From an uncultured Chloroflexia bacterium (lineage in GTDB: Bacteria > Chloroflexota > Limnocylindria > QHBO01): a stretch of 64,000 nucleotides of DNA. The notes under the pieces are model-generated. The model had not been told where the DNA came from and ran no database searches. It saw nothing but the letters and a program-made list of their open reading frames with translations. This document shows positions 30,182 through 42,583 of this stretch, piece by piece; the stretch's first letter is position 1, and each line of letters starts with the position of its first letter. The translations under genes were made by a program, and so were the position numbers. The stretch spans positions 4,443 to 68,442 of the forward strand of contig CAWCQX010000005.1 of assembly GCA_963797855.1 (NCBI GenBank). Reading direction: 5' to 3'.

Positions 30182-31813
30182 TCAGGCGTCGAGCGTGGCG
30201 AGCCGGTCGCCGACGAGTCGATCGGCGGTGCGAGCGCTGGCCGGCGTGCCCGCCACGGCGTCGAGGAACGCCTCTCGCGGAAGCCGGTGGAGCACGACCG
30301 CGGTCGTCGCCACGACCGATGCCGTCCGCGGGCGATCCTCGAGCAGCGCGATCTCGCCGAATCCGTCTCCCGGACCGAGGCTCCGCAGGATGCGGCCATC
30401 GCGCACGACGTTCGCCGTCCCGTCGGCCAGGAGCCGATAGGCATCGCCGACCTCGCCCTGGACGACGAGCGCCGTCCCGGCGGCCGCCCGCTCGACGTTC
30501 ATGCTCTGCGCCAGCTGCTCGAGGACGACGAGCGAGAGGGGCGCGAACAGCGGATCGCCGCCGAGGAGGTCCAGCTCACGTCGCGGCACGATGGCGGTGG
30601 CATCGGCCCGGCGGACGGCCGGCGCGCTGACCAGCGCGGCGAGCGGAAGGATCGCGCCGGTCGCCACGAGGGCCATGCGAATGCCGATGACGCTCGACGA
30701 GCGGGGCGGCGGCGAGCGATCCGAGGGCGAACGTGAGCGCGGCGATGCCCTCGAAGGAGCCGAAGACTCGGGCGCGCAGGGCGTTCGGCACGGAGCGCTG
30801 GATCAGCGTGAGGCCCGCGACGTCGAGCGCCGCGTTGGCGATGCCGACGACGGCCAGCAGGCCGATGGCCAACCATCCGACCGGCACGATGCCGAGGACG
30901 GCGATCGGCAGCCCCCACACGGCGAGAGCGAGGGTGAATGCCGGCCCCAACCGCCCGCCGACCATCCACAGCGTCGCGCCGGCCGCCCCGATCAGGCCCC
31001 CGGCACCGATCGCGGAATTCAGCCATCCGACACCGCCCTCCCCGAACCCGAGCAGCTCGACCGACGCCGCGACGAGGAGCACCGTGAGGAGCCCGCGAAC
31101 GAACGTCTGCGCCGCGAAGAGGCCCGACGACGAGGCCCGCCGTGGAGTGCTGGCGCAGCGCGCGGAAGCCACCGGCGAGCTCGCGCAGCGTTCCGCCGCG
31201 CGCGCCGGGCGCGATGCGTTGCGGCACGGAGCGTGACCGTCAACGCCGCCGCCGCAAGCAAGGCGATCGCCGGGACGGCGAGGGCAACCTCCAGGCCACC
31301 GAGCCCGAGCACCAGCGATGCGGCGGCCGGCCCGACGAGCATCCCGAGCGCCTCGCCGCTGCTCATCACGGCGTTGCCCGCCACGAGCTCCTCCGGCGTG
31401 CGAGCCAGCCCGGGAAGGAGCGAGAGCGTCGCGGGGCGCTTCACGACCGCGAAGAGACCCTCGACCATCGCGGCGACGAAGACGAGCGCCGGCGGTCCGT
31501 CGAGCACGAGGACCGCGGCGGTCGAGAGGACGACGAGCGCCCGCATGGCGTTGACGCCGGCGAGGACGGCGGGCGTCGGGAAGCGATCGGCGAGCGTCGT
31601 GGCGAGCGGCGCTCCGATGACCGGCGGCAGCATCCGCAGCGTGGCGATGAGTCCCGCGGCGGCGACTCCTCCCACGCCGTAGGCGAACACGAGCAGCGCG
31701 ACCAGGTACGCCCACTCCGCCGCGATGGACAGGAGCCATGCCGCCTGGACGCGCGCCATCGGGCCGTTGCCGAGGACGTCGCGAACCGGGGCGAGCAGAC
31801 GGGAGGGGTTCAT
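30182..31813 (-). CDS. MFS-type transporter with a C-terminal cyclic-nucleotide-binding domain. Three frame breaks at about 31228, 31124 and 30697.
   Basis: Joined from ORF 31019..32404 (from MNPSRLL...), ORF 30499..31227, the tail of ORF 30576..33155 and ORF 30182..30676 (...GDGFGEIALLEDRPRTASVVA...). Confidence 0.75.
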
Positions 31814-31827
31814 CGGTGCCAGCGAGT

Positions 31828-33155
31828 CTACGGCGATGCGGCGGTCTCGCTGCGCGACGCCGGCAATCCTTCTGCGCCGATGCGCCATGCGTCTCGGTCC
31901 GATGATCAGAAAGGTCGCCATGGACCCGTGGCCCTTCAGGTCGATCGAGCCGCGCGACTCCCACTCGAACTCCTCGCCGAGGAGGAGGCGAGTCGCCTCG
32001 CTGATCTGAATTCGACCCGCCACGCCCTGTTCCTCCAAACGGCTGGCCACGTTCACCGTGTCGCCCCAGACGTCGAAGGCAATCTTGCGCTTGCCGATGA
32101 CCCCGCCCACCGCACGTCCCGAATGGACGCCGATCCGGAGATTGATCGGGCCCAGCGCGCCTCCGTGACGAGCTGCCTCGTCGATCATGGCCAGCCCGAG
32201 CTCGACAATCCGCGACGCGTGTCCATCGAGCGGTTCCGGGAGGCCGCCGGCCGCCATGTAGCTGTCCCCGATCGTCTTGATCTTCTCGAGGCCCCGTGCC
32301 GCGACGAGGTCGTCGAACGATGAGAAGAGCGCATTGAGCAGCCGCACGACGTCCGCGGCCTGCGAGCCCGGCGGCCAATGGCGTGAACCCGACGATGTCG
32401 GCAAACATCACGGTGACGGACGGGTACTCGTCGGCGACTTCCGACTCGCCCTCCCGAAGCCTCGCCGAGATCGACGCCGGCATCACGTTGAGAAGCAGCC
32501 GATCGGATTTCTCGCGTTCCCGGGCGATCGCCTCGGACTGCTCGCGGATGACGAGGTCCTGGAAGAACACCCGGCGCCGGGCATGCTCGAGGATGTGCAG
32601 CGCCAGGAGCGAGCCAGCCGTTGCGGTGACGAAGAAGAGGCCATCGAGCGCGAGGCTCTCCGGTCCGTCGTACGTCAGCACCGCGACCAGGAAGGCGGCG
32701 GCGATCACGACCGAGCGCGCGGCGGCGAAGACGAACCGGGTGCGGGACACGAAGGCGAAGAGATAGAGCAGCATGATGGCGGCGACGCCGTACCCGGGAA
32801 ACGCTCCGGCCAGCGAAGCCAGGACGAGGATGACCGCCGCATTTGCGGCGGTGAGGACGGCCGCAAGGCCGTGCTGACGGTCGAGGGTCTTGGCCCAGCC
32901 CGACAGCACGAAGGCGACGAGGCTGACCAACGTCATGAGGCCGGCGATCGGCAGGACCGTCGCTGCCGGGAGCGTCGTTCCGATCGGCACGAGGACGGCG
33001 GCGACGGCCCAGACCGCGGCGGAGGCTGCCGTGATGACGCGCAGGCCGCCGATGCTCTCCGCGCCGGCCGCGTCCTGGTAGCGCCTCTCGAGCTCGCCGT
33101 CGAGGAACCGCAGCGAGACGGGCTGAAGAGCGCCTCGCTCGGCCATTGCGCCCAT
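31828..33155 (-). CDS. Membrane-anchored class III adenylate/guanylate cyclase. One frame break at about 32367-32369. The 3' end is ambiguous.
   Basis: Multi-TM N-terminus, then VTVMFADIVGFTPLAAG | AADVVRLLNALFSSFDDL...KTIGDSYMAAGG...RIGVHSGRAVGGVIG...FDVWGDTVNVASRLE. As read, there is no in-frame stop before the MFS gene; a TAG at 31828-31830 lies in the +1 frame. Confidence 0.8.
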
Positions 33156-33289
33156 CGGCGGAGCCTACTGCCCGCCGCTTCTCCTGAACAGATGCCGGCC
33201 GGCGTCCGGCACCGTCTCGCTACAATCACCGCCTGTCACGGCGCGCGCCGATCCCGAGCCGACGCACCGTTCCTCAGCAGGAGGCCCGC

Positions 33290-34438
33290 GTGAAGCTCCA
33301 GGAGCATCGGAGCAAGGAGATCCTCGCGCGCCACGGCGTGCCGCTCCTCGATGGCGAGACCGCCACGACCCCCGAGGAGGCCCGCGCCGCTGCCGAGCGC
33401 ATCGGCGGCCCCGTCGTCGTGAAGGCCCAGGTCCTCGTCGGTGGGCGTGGCAAGGCGGGCGGCGTGAAGCTGGCGGCCACGCCAGCGGAGGCGGAGGAGC
33501 GGGCGCGCGAGATCATCGGTCTCGACATCAAGGGCACGACGGTCAAGACCGTGCTGGTCGCGCCGGCCGCCGAGATCGCGAAGGAGTACTACCTCGGGCT
33601 CATCCTCGACCGCGCGGCGAAGGCGATCACCGTGATCGCGAGCGCCGAGGGCGGGGTCGAGATCGAGGAGACCGCCCGAACGAATCCGGAGGCGATCCTC
33701 CGGCATCCGCTCCACCCACTGATCGGGCTCCAGGAGCACGAGGTGCGGCGGATCGGCTTCTTCCTCGGCATCCCGGCCGAGCTGCGGAAGGACTTCGCGC
33801 TGGTCATGCGCGGGCTGTATCGGTCCTTCGTCGAATCGGACGCCGACCTGGCCGAGATCAACCCGCTGGTCGTGACCGATGACGGCCGGCTGCTCGCGCT
33901 CGACGCGAAGATCGTCCTCGACGACTCGGCGCTCCCGCGCCACCCCGACCTCGAGGCGATGCGCGACCTCAACGAGGAGGAGCCATCGGAGATCGCCGCC
34001 CGCGAGGCCGGCATCAGCTTCATCAAGCTCGACGGCACGATCGGGTGCATGGTCAACGGTGCGGGCCTGGCGATGACGACGATGGACCTCGTCAAGCTTG
34101 CCGGTGGCGAGCCGGCGAACTTCCTCGACATCGGCGGCGGCGCCAAGGCGGATCGCGTGGCCGCCGCATTCCGGATCATCCTCGACGACCCGAACGTCAG
34201 GGCGATCCTCATCAACATCTTCGGCGGGATCACCCGCGGCGACGAGGTCGCCCGCGGGATCGTCGAGGCGCGCCGGTCGCTGACCCGCGACGTCCCGATG
34301 GTCGTGAGGATCGTCGGGACGAACGCCGCGGAGGCGAAGCCGATCCTTGCCGAGGCCGATCTCATCACCGCCGACTCGCTCGACGACGCGGCGGCGAAGG
34401 CCGTCGAGGCCGCCCGCGGCGATCGGACGGCGGCATGA
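33290..34438 (+). CDS. sucC: Succinate--CoA ligase beta subunit
   Basis: Intact 382-aa ORF. GTG start preceded by AGGAGG. Contains [12 protein letters not shown]..., [18 protein letters not shown] and [15 protein letters not shown]. Confidence 0.95.
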   Translation: MKLQEHRSKEILARHGVPLLDGETATTPEEARAAAERIGGPVVVKAQVLVGGRGKAGGVKLAATPAEAEERAREIIGLDIKGTTVKTVLVAPAAEIAKEYYLGLILDRAAKAITVIASAEGGVEIEETARTNPEAILRHPLHPLIGLQEHEVRRIGFFLGIPAELRKDFALVMRGLYRSFVESDADLAEINPLVVTDDGRLLALDAKIVLDDSALPRHPDLEAMRDLNEEEPSEIAAREAGISFIKLDGTIGCMVNGAGLAMTTMDLVKLAGGEPANFLDIGGGAKADRVAAAFRIILDDPNVRAILINIFGGITRGDEVARGIVEARRSLTRDVPMVVRIVGTNAAEAKPILAEADLITADSLDDAAAKAVEAARGDRTAA

Positions 34439-35316
34439 GCATCCTCGTCAATCGCGAGACCCGGCTGCTGGTCCAGGGCATCACCGGCCGCGAGGGCGAG
34501 TTCCACTCGACGGCGATGCTCGAGTACGGCACGAACGTCGTCGCCGGCGTCACTCCCGGCAAGGGCGGCCAGACCGCCCTGGACGGTCGCGTGCCGGTGT
34601 TCGACACCGTCGCCGAGGCCGTCGCGCAGACCGGCGCGAACGCCACGTGCATCTTCGTGCCCGCGGCCTTCGCCCCCGACGCGATGCTCGAGGCGGCGGA
34701 CGCCAACGTCCCGCTCGTCGTCTGCATCACCGAGGGCATCCCCGCCCTCGACATGCTGACGGTCTTCCACGTGCTGCGCGCGAAGGGCGTGCGGCTGATC
34801 GGTCCGAACTGCCCGGGCATGACGTCGGTCGGCGAGGCGAAGGTCGGGATCATCCCGGGCAACATCCACGCGCGCGGCCCGGTCGGGCTCGTCTCGCGCT
34901 CGGGGACGCTGACCTACGAGGTCGTCCAGGCCATGACCGATGCGGGCATGGGCCAGACGACGACCCTCGGGATCGGCGGCGACCCGATCGTCGGGACGAG
35001 CTTCATCGACGCCCTCGACCTCTTCAACCAGGACCCGGAGACCGAGGCGATCGTGATGATCGGCGAGATCGGCGGCGAGGAGGAGGAGAAGGCGGCCGCG
35101 TTCATCGCCCGCGAGGTGCGCAAGCCGATGGCGGCGTTCATCGCCGGCCGCACCGCTCCGCCCGGCCGGAGGATGGGCCACGCCGGCGCGATCATCTCCA
35201 CCGGCGGCGGTGGGACCGCCGAGTCGAAGCGAGCCGCGCTCGAGGAGGCCGGCGTCCGCGTCGCCGATTCGCCGTCCCACATCCCCCAGCTGCTGCGCGA
35301 CGCCGGCGTCCGCTGA
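34435..35316 (+). CDS. sucD: Succinate--CoA ligase alpha subunit
   Basis: ATGA overlap with sucC. Contains [30 protein letters not shown] and the phosphohistidine region MGHAGAII. Intact. Confidence 0.95.
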   Translation: MSILVNRETRLLVQGITGREGEFHSTAMLEYGTNVVAGVTPGKGGQTALDGRVPVFDTVAEAVAQTGANATCIFVPAAFAPDAMLEAADANVPLVVCITEGIPALDMLTVFHVLRAKGVRLIGPNCPGMTSVGEAKVGIIPGNIHARGPVGLVSRSGTLTYEVVQAMTDAGMGQTTTLGIGGDPIVGTSFIDALDLFNQDPETEAIVMIGEIGGEEEEKAAAFIAREVRKPMAAFIAGRTAPPGRRMGHAGAIISTGGGGTAESKRAALEEAGVRVADSPSHIPQLLRDAGVR

Positions 35317-35437
35317 CGCCGCTAAGCGCGGGCATCGTCCGTCGGCGCTGTTATCGGACGGATAAGGACCGGGAGTCGCTCAGCGGGTAACCCGTGGCGT
35401 AGGAACACCGAGAGAACATCCGCGCACGGAGCCTGCC

Positions 35438-35960
35438 ATGTCCCGCGTTCCCGCAACTGCCCGCCCGACCGCGATCCTGATCCTGTCCCTCATCCTGGCC
35501 GCCTGTTCGGAGACGCCGGCGGCGAGCTCCGCGGAGGAGACCGTCGCGCCGACGCCGTCCGCCGAGGCCTCGGAGTCGGCGGCCCCATCCGAGTCAGCCG
35601 AGGCGTCCGGCGAGGCCGCCGTGGTCACCGCCGACTCCGACCTCGGCGCGATCCTGACCGATGCCGCCGGAATGACGATCTACTTCTTCGCGAACGACAC
35701 CGAAGGCACCAGCAACTGCGAGGACGACTGCCTGGCGAACTGGCCGGCCGTCGAGGCCGAGGACAGCCCCGACCGCCGGCGAGGGCGTCACGGCCGAGCT
35801 CGGAACGATCGAGCGGTCCGACGGAACGAGGCAGCTGACCGTCAACGGCTTCCCGGCCTACTACTTCGCCGCCGACGCGGCGGCCGGTGACGTCAACGGC
35901 CAGGGGGTCGGCGGCGTCTGGTGGGTCTTCGGCGCCGACGGCGAGCACATCGAGAGCTGA
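35438..35960 (+). CDS. Secreted lipoprotein of the COG4315-like family. One frame break at about 35767-35770, in a CCCC run.
   Basis: Lipobox LILAAC followed by an acidic Ser/Ala/Glu linker. The motifs IYFFANDTEGTSNCEDDCLANWP and, in the next frame, LTVNGFPAYYFAADAAAGDVNGQGVGGVWWV are present. Confidence 0.7.
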
Positions 35961-35974
35961 CCGAGTCGGAGCCT

Positions 35975-36388
35975 CTAGTCCGAGCTGCTGGAGGAGCTCC
36001 CAGAGCACGCCGCTCAGCGTCCGCGGGTGGACGAAGGCCACCGTGCCGTGGGCGCCCGGGCGCGGCTCGCGATCGATGAGCTCGGCCTCCGCAGCCGCGA
36101 GCGCGTCGAGCGAGGCCGGCAGGTCGTCGGTCAGGAGGCAGACGTGATGGACGCCCTCGCCGTGCGAGGCGAGGTAGCGGGCGACGCCGCTCTCGTCGTC
36201 GATCGGCTCGACGAGCTCGAGCCTGGCCGATGGCTCGGGGCCGGTCGGCAGGAAGCAGAGGCGGACGCGCTGCGGCGCGAAGGTCATCGGCGGCGCCTCC
36301 GGCTCGAGGCCGAAGAGCTCGCGATAGCGCGGCAGGGCCTCGTCGATCGAGCGGACGACGATCGCGACGTGGTGGATCGGTCCGACGC

Positions 36389-36392
<4 letters not shown>
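35975..36392 (-). CDS. Methylmalonyl-CoA epimerase (VOC/glyoxalase fold). The stop is probably displaced by an indel at about 35980.
   Basis: Sequence runs [13 protein letters not shown]...[34 protein letters not shown]...[23 protein letters not shown] overlap with the mutase stop. A TAG at 35975-35977 is one base out of frame. Confidence 0.78.
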
Positions 36393-37994
<1,602 letters not shown>

Positions 37995-38016
37995 CGGCCC
38001 ACGATTGTAGTCGCGC

Positions 38017-38483
38017 CTACTCGAGCCGAAGCAGGGCGGCGCCGGTCGCGACCGTCTGACCCGGGGCGACCTCCAGCTCGATGACCCGACCGGCGCGCGG
38101 AGCGCGCACCTCGTTCTGCATCTTCATCGCCTCGATCGTCAGGAGCGCGGCGCCCTCGTCCACCTCGTCGCCCGGCGGCCACGGCGACGGCCACGACGAG
38201 GCCCGGCAGGGTCGCCCGCACCTCGACCGGCCCGGCCTGCGAGGGGCCCTCGGTCTCGGCCTCGGCCAGGACCCGCTCTCGCCAGGACCGAACGGTGACC
38301 GGGATGCGACGTCCGCGCAGGGTGACGGTCCATTCGGTCCCCTGTCCTTCCACAAGGACAAGCTGTGACCGATCGCCGTCGGTCAGCCGCGCGATTCCGT
38401 CGCGCCGGGTCGGCCCAGTCGAGCCGCCAGCCATCGGCCGGGGCAACCGGGTCGCCGGCGACGCGCGTCTCGAGGTCGGTCAT
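38017..38483 (-). CDS. Biotin carboxyl carrier protein (biotinyl domain). Frame breaks at about 38402 and 38176.
   Basis: ATG 38483 is preceded by GGGAGG. The C-terminus reads GDEVDEGAALLTIEAMKMQNEVRAPRAGRV, which contains the AMKM biotinylation motif. Confidence 0.75.
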
Positions 38484-38510
38484 CCGCGGAGGGCCTCCCG
38501 GCGGCCGAGC

Positions 38511-39975
38511 TCACCCCACGCCGAGCCGCGTGGTGGGCGCCGGTTCGGCCGGTGCTCGCGGCGCCTCGCGTCGCGCCGTCGCCGCCGCCAGCGCGGCCAG
38601 CCCGCGGTCCTCGTCACTCAACGGCGGGCCGGCCGCCCATCGGTCCGCGATGAGACCGGTGTCGTAGTCGCCGGCCGCGAAGCCGGGCTCGTCGACGAGC
38701 CAGCGCAGGAAGCCGGCATCGGTCTGGAGCCCGCCGACCAGCGTCTCGTCCAGGGCGCGCCGGAGTCGACGGATCGCGGACGGTCGGTCGTCGGCGTGGA
38801 CCATCAGCTTGGCGAGGAGCGGGTCGTATTCGGGGCGGAGATCGGTGTCGGCCTCGATGCCGGCGTCGACGCGAACGCCGGGTCCGGACGGCATCTCCCA
38901 TGCGCCGATTCGACCGGAGGTCGGACGGAAGCCGTCGTACGGATCCTCGGCGTAGATGCGGACCTCGATCGCGTGGCCGCGACGCGGCGCATCGAGCACC
39001 TCCGGCGGGAGCCGCTCCCCCGCCGCGATCCGGATCTGCCACGCCACGAGGTCGAGCCCGGTGACGAGCTCGGTGACGCCGTGCTCGACCTGGAGGCGCG
39101 TGTTCATCTCGAGGAAGTAGTGGCTGCCATCCTCCGCGACGAGGAACTCGACGGTGGCCGCGTTGTGGAAGTCGACGGTGCCGGCGACCCGGCGGGCGGA
39201 GTCGAACAGCGCGCGACGCGTCGGATCGTCGATCGCGGGTGACGGCGACTCCTCGACGAGCTTCTGGTGACGGCGCTGGACCGAGCAGTCGCGCTCGCCG
39301 AGCACCGCGAGGTTGCCGTGGCGATCGCCGAGGAGCTGCACCTCCACGTGGCGCGCCGGTGAGACGAGCCGCTCGACGTAGATCGTGCCGTCGCCGAAGG
39401 CCGAGGCCGCCTCGCGTCGCGCGGCCTCCATCGCCGGCCGCAGGTCGTCGGGCGCGTCGACGCGGCGCATGCCTCGCCCGCCTCCGCCGGCCGCCGCCTT
39501 CAGCATCACCGGGTAGCCGATGTCCGCGACCGCGGCGACGTCATCGGTCGAGCGCGACCGTCGTGCCCGGCACGATCGGGACGCCGGCGTCGGCCGCGGA
39601 CCGACGCGCGGCGAGCTTGTTGCCGAGCGCCTCGAGCGCCGACGGTGGCGGCCCGACGAAGACGAGCCCCGCGGCCTCGACGGCGCGAGCGAACGCCGCG
39701 TCCTCCGACAGGAACCCGTAGCCGGGATGGATCGCCTCGGCCCCGGCGCGGCGCGCGGCATCGACGACGGCCTCGATCGACAGGTACGAATCGCGCGCCG
39801 CCGGCGGGCCGATCCGCTCCGAACGGTCGGCCAGCCGCACATGGAGCGCGTCGACATCGGCATCCGAATGAACCGCGATCGGGCTGATGCCCAGCTCTCG
39901 GCAGGCGCGGATCACGCGGATCGCGATCTCTCCGCGGTTCGCGATCAGCAGGCGCTGGAACGGCGGTGCCGGCAT
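38511..39975 (-). CDS. Biotin carboxylase subunit of acyl-CoA (propionyl/acetyl) carboxylase. One frame break at about 39558.
   Basis: Sequence runs [19 protein letters not shown]...[10 protein letters not shown] (ORF 39541..40005), then [18 protein letters not shown]...[14 protein letters not shown] (ORF 38511..39863). Confidence 0.88.
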
Positions 39976-40001
39976 GTCCGTGCGCAAAGACGCCGGGTCC
40001 C

Positions 40002-41561
40002 TCAAAGCGGGAGGTTGCCGTGCTTCTTCGGCGGGAGCGACTGTCGCTTGTTCTCGAGCATCGCCAGCGCAGCGGCGACGCGCGCCCGCGACTCGGATGG
40101 CTGGATCACCTCGTCGACGTAGCCGCGAGCCGCCGCGATGTACGGGTTCGCGAAGCGGTCCTCGTATTCGGCGACGAGGCGCGCGCGCTCCGCATCGGCA
40201 TCATCGGCCTCGGCGATCCGGTCGCGGAAGATGATGTTGACGGCACCCTCGACGCCCATGACCGCGATCTCGGCCGTCGGCCACGCGTAGTTCATGTCGC
40301 CGCGCACGTGCTTGCTGCTCATGACGTCGTACGCGCCGCCGTACGCCTTCCGCGTGATGATCGTGACCTTCGGGACCGTCGCCTCACAGTACGCGTACAG
40401 CAGCTTGGCGCCGTGGCGGATGATCCCCCGATGCTCCTGGTCGACGCCCGGGAGGAAGCCCGGAACGTCGACGAGCGTCAGCAGCGGAATGTTGAACGCA
40501 TCGCAGGTGCGGACGAAGCGGGCCGCCTTGTCGGACGCGTCGATGTCCAGGACACCGGCGAGCACTTCGGGCTGCTGCGCGACGATGCCGATGCTGCGGC
40601 CCTCGATGCGCGCGAAGCCGCAGATGATGTTGCGCGCGAACAGCGCGTGGACTTCGGTGAACGAATCGGCATCGACGATGCCGCCGATGACGGCGTGCAT
40701 GTCGTACGACTGCTTCGGCGAGTCGGGAACGAGCGCATCGAGCGCCGCGCCGTCGACGCTCGGCGCCGCCCACTCGGTCCGGCGCGGCGGCAGGTCGACG
40801 TTGTTCTGCGGCAGGTAGCCGATCAACGTCCGCGCCAGCTCCAGTGCCTGCGGCTCGCCCGGCGCGAGGAAGTGCGCGACGCCGCTCGTCTCGTTGTGGA
40901 CGCGCGCGCCGCCGAGCCCCTCGAAATCGATCTCCTCGTGGGTCACGGTCTTCACGACGTTCGGTCCGGTGACGAACATGTAGCTCGTGCCCTCGACCAT
41001 GACGACGAGGTCCGTGATCGCCGGCGAGTACACCGCGCCGCCGGCGCACGGCCCCATGACGAGCGAGAGCTGCGGCACGACGCCGGAGGCCAGGGTGTTG
41101 CGCAGGAAGATGTCGGCATAGCCGCCGAGGCTCACGACGCCCTCCTGGATCCGCGCGCCGCCCGAATCCGAGAGGCCGATGATCGGCGCGCCGTTCTCCA
41201 TCGCAAGATCCATGACCTTGCAGATCTTCTCGGCGTGCGCTTCCGACAGCGAGCCACCGAACACCGTGAAGTCCTGGCTGTACACAAAGACAAGCCGATC
41301 GTCGATGCGTCCGTATCCGGTGACGACGCCATCACCGAGGTATCGCTCCTCGTCGATTCCGAAGTCGGTGGCGCGATGCGTCACGAACGCGTCGATCTCG
41401 GTGAAGCTGTCTTCGTCAAGCAACAGCTCGAGGCGCTCTCGCGCCGAGAGCTTGCCGCGCGCGTGCTGTTGATCGAGCCGTTTCGATCCCCCACCCGTTC
41501 GCGAGTCCTCGCGCATCGTCGCCAGTCGCTGGAGCTTGTCGGCCGTCGACACGCAACGCAC
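40002..41561 (-). CDS. pccB: Propionyl-CoA carboxylase beta chain (carboxyltransferase)
   Basis: Intact 519-aa ORF with [36 protein letters not shown] and AYGGAYDVM. The true start may be the internal Met at about 41516. Confidence 0.93.
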   Translation of the reverse strand: MRCVSTADKLQRLATMREDSRTGGGSKRLDQQHARGKLSARERLELLLDEDSFTEIDAFVTHRATDFGIDEERYLGDGVVTGYGRIDDRLVFVYSQDFTVFGGSLSEAHAEKICKVMDLAMENGAPIIGLSDSGGARIQEGVVSLGGYADIFLRNTLASGVVPQLSLVMGPCAGGAVYSPAITDLVVMVEGTSYMFVTGPNVVKTVTHEEIDFEGLGGARVHNETSGVAHFLAPGEPQALELARTLIGYLPQNNVDLPPRRTEWAAPSVDGAALDALVPDSPKQSYDMHAVIGGIVDADSFTEVHALFARNIICGFARIEGRSIGIVAQQPEVLAGVLDIDASDKAARFVRTCDAFNIPLLTLVDVPGFLPGVDQEHRGIIRHGAKLLYAYCEATVPKVTIITRKAYGGAYDVMSSKHVRGDMNYAWPTAEIAVMGVEGAVNIIFRDRIAEADDADAERARLVAEYEDRFANPYIAAARGYVDEVIQPSESRARVAAALAMLENKRQSLPPKKHGNLPL

Positions 41562-41583
41562 TCCTTCGGGTGGTTCGGTGGTG

Positions 41584-41656
41584 TGGGCCCGGCAGGAATC
41601 GAACCTGCGACCGTCCGGTTATGAGCCGGTTGCTCTAACCATTGAGCTACGGGCCC
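41584..41656 (-). tRNA. tRNA with anticodon CAU. Elongator tRNA-Met type; Ile2 (lysidine) is not excluded. CCA is not encoded.
   Basis: Reverse complement is GGGCCCGTAGCTCAATGGTTAGAGCAACCGGCTCATAACCGGACGGTCGCAGGTTCGATTCCTGCCGGGCCCA. The 1-72 pair is G-C, so it is not an initiator tRNA. Confidence 0.9.
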
Positions 41657-41667
41657 GCGAGCAAGAC

Positions 41668-41737
41668 GGTGGACAAGTCCGAGTATACGCGGATGTCTTT
41701 GCACAACGACGCCGGCATTTCTCCACGTTGTGGATAA
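41668..41737. promoter_or_regulatory. Cluster of four DnaA-box-like 9-mers upstream of parA
   Basis: The boxes are TTGTCCACC (rc 41668-76), TTGTGCAAA (rc 41698-706), TTCTCCACG (41719-27) and a perfect TTATCCACA (rc 41729-37). The last two form an inverted pair. Confidence 0.35.
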
Positions 41738-41815
41738 CCCGGATGCCCGCGCGTCGGGTCGAGCGCCTATCATCGGATGCGTTCCTCCCGCCCCTGTCCA
41801 ACGGAAGGTGTTGCG

Positions 41816-42583
41816 TTGACGAAGGTCATATCGATCGCGAATCAGAAGGGCGGAGTGGGCAAGACCACCTGCTCCATCAACCTGGGCGGCGCGCTGGCGG
41901 AGCGCGGCTATCGCGTCCTGTGCGTCGACATGGATCCGCAGGCAAATCTCACGGTCGGCCTGGGCATTTCGCTGTCGGACGTCCGCGTGTCGATGGCCGA
42001 TGTCCTCTCCGACGATCGCATCGCGCTCGACGAGACCGTGCGCGAGACCGAGACGCAGGGATTGTGGGTCGCCCCGGCGACGCTGGAGCTCGCGTCGACC
42101 GAAGTCGAGCTCTTCACCGCCATCGGCCGCGAGATGGTCCTCCGCGACGCGCTCGCCGGCTGGGCCGATCGACAGTTCGACGTCGTGATCATCGACTGCC
42201 CGCCGACGCTCGGACTGCTGACGATCAACTCGCTCGTGGCGTCGAGTCGCGTGATCATCCCGGTGCAGACGCAGTACTACGCGATCAAGGGCCTGACCGC
42301 GCTGATCAAGGTCATCAACACGATCAAGATCAAGCTCAACCACGACCTCGAGGTGCTCGGCCTGCTGCCGACGTTCTACGACGGCCGGACCGTCCTCGCG
42401 CGCGAGATGCTCGAGAACCTGAAGCAGCTCGGTGACCATCGGGTCTTCAACACGATGATCAAGCAGACCGTGAAGCTCGGCGAGGCCCCGCTCACCGGCA
42501 AGCCCGTCACCGAGTACGCAACGAACTCATCGGCCGCGCGCGCGTTTCGCGACCTTGCCCAGGAGGTGATCGAGCTTGGCTAG
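41816..42583 (+). CDS. parA: ParA/Soj partition ATPase
   Basis: ORF 41777..42583 trimmed to TTG 41816, preceded by GGAAGGTG. Has the deviant Walker A motif KGGVGKTT. Intact. Confidence 0.92.
   Translation: MTKVISIANQKGGVGKTTCSINLGGALAERGYRVLCVDMDPQANLTVGLGISLSDVRVSMADVLSDDRIALDETVRETETQGLWVAPATLELASTEVELFTAIGREMVLRDALAGWADRQFDVVIIDCPPTLGLLTINSLVASSRVIIPVQTQYYAIKGLTALIKVINTIKIKLNHDLEVLGLLPTFYDGRTVLAREMLENLKQLGDHRVFNTMIKQTVKLGEAPLTGKPVTEYATNSSAARAFRDLAQEVIELG

Noticed and set aside
31813-31920. A single cyclase-MFS-cNMP fusion polypeptide
   Set aside because: The continuous frame spans only about 30 Arg-rich linker codons in stop-poor DNA. A TAG lies in the +1 frame 15 nt before a good Met (MNPSRLL) from which the MFS-like sequence follows. 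With this indel density the fusion is unproven, so I treat it as two genes pending correction.
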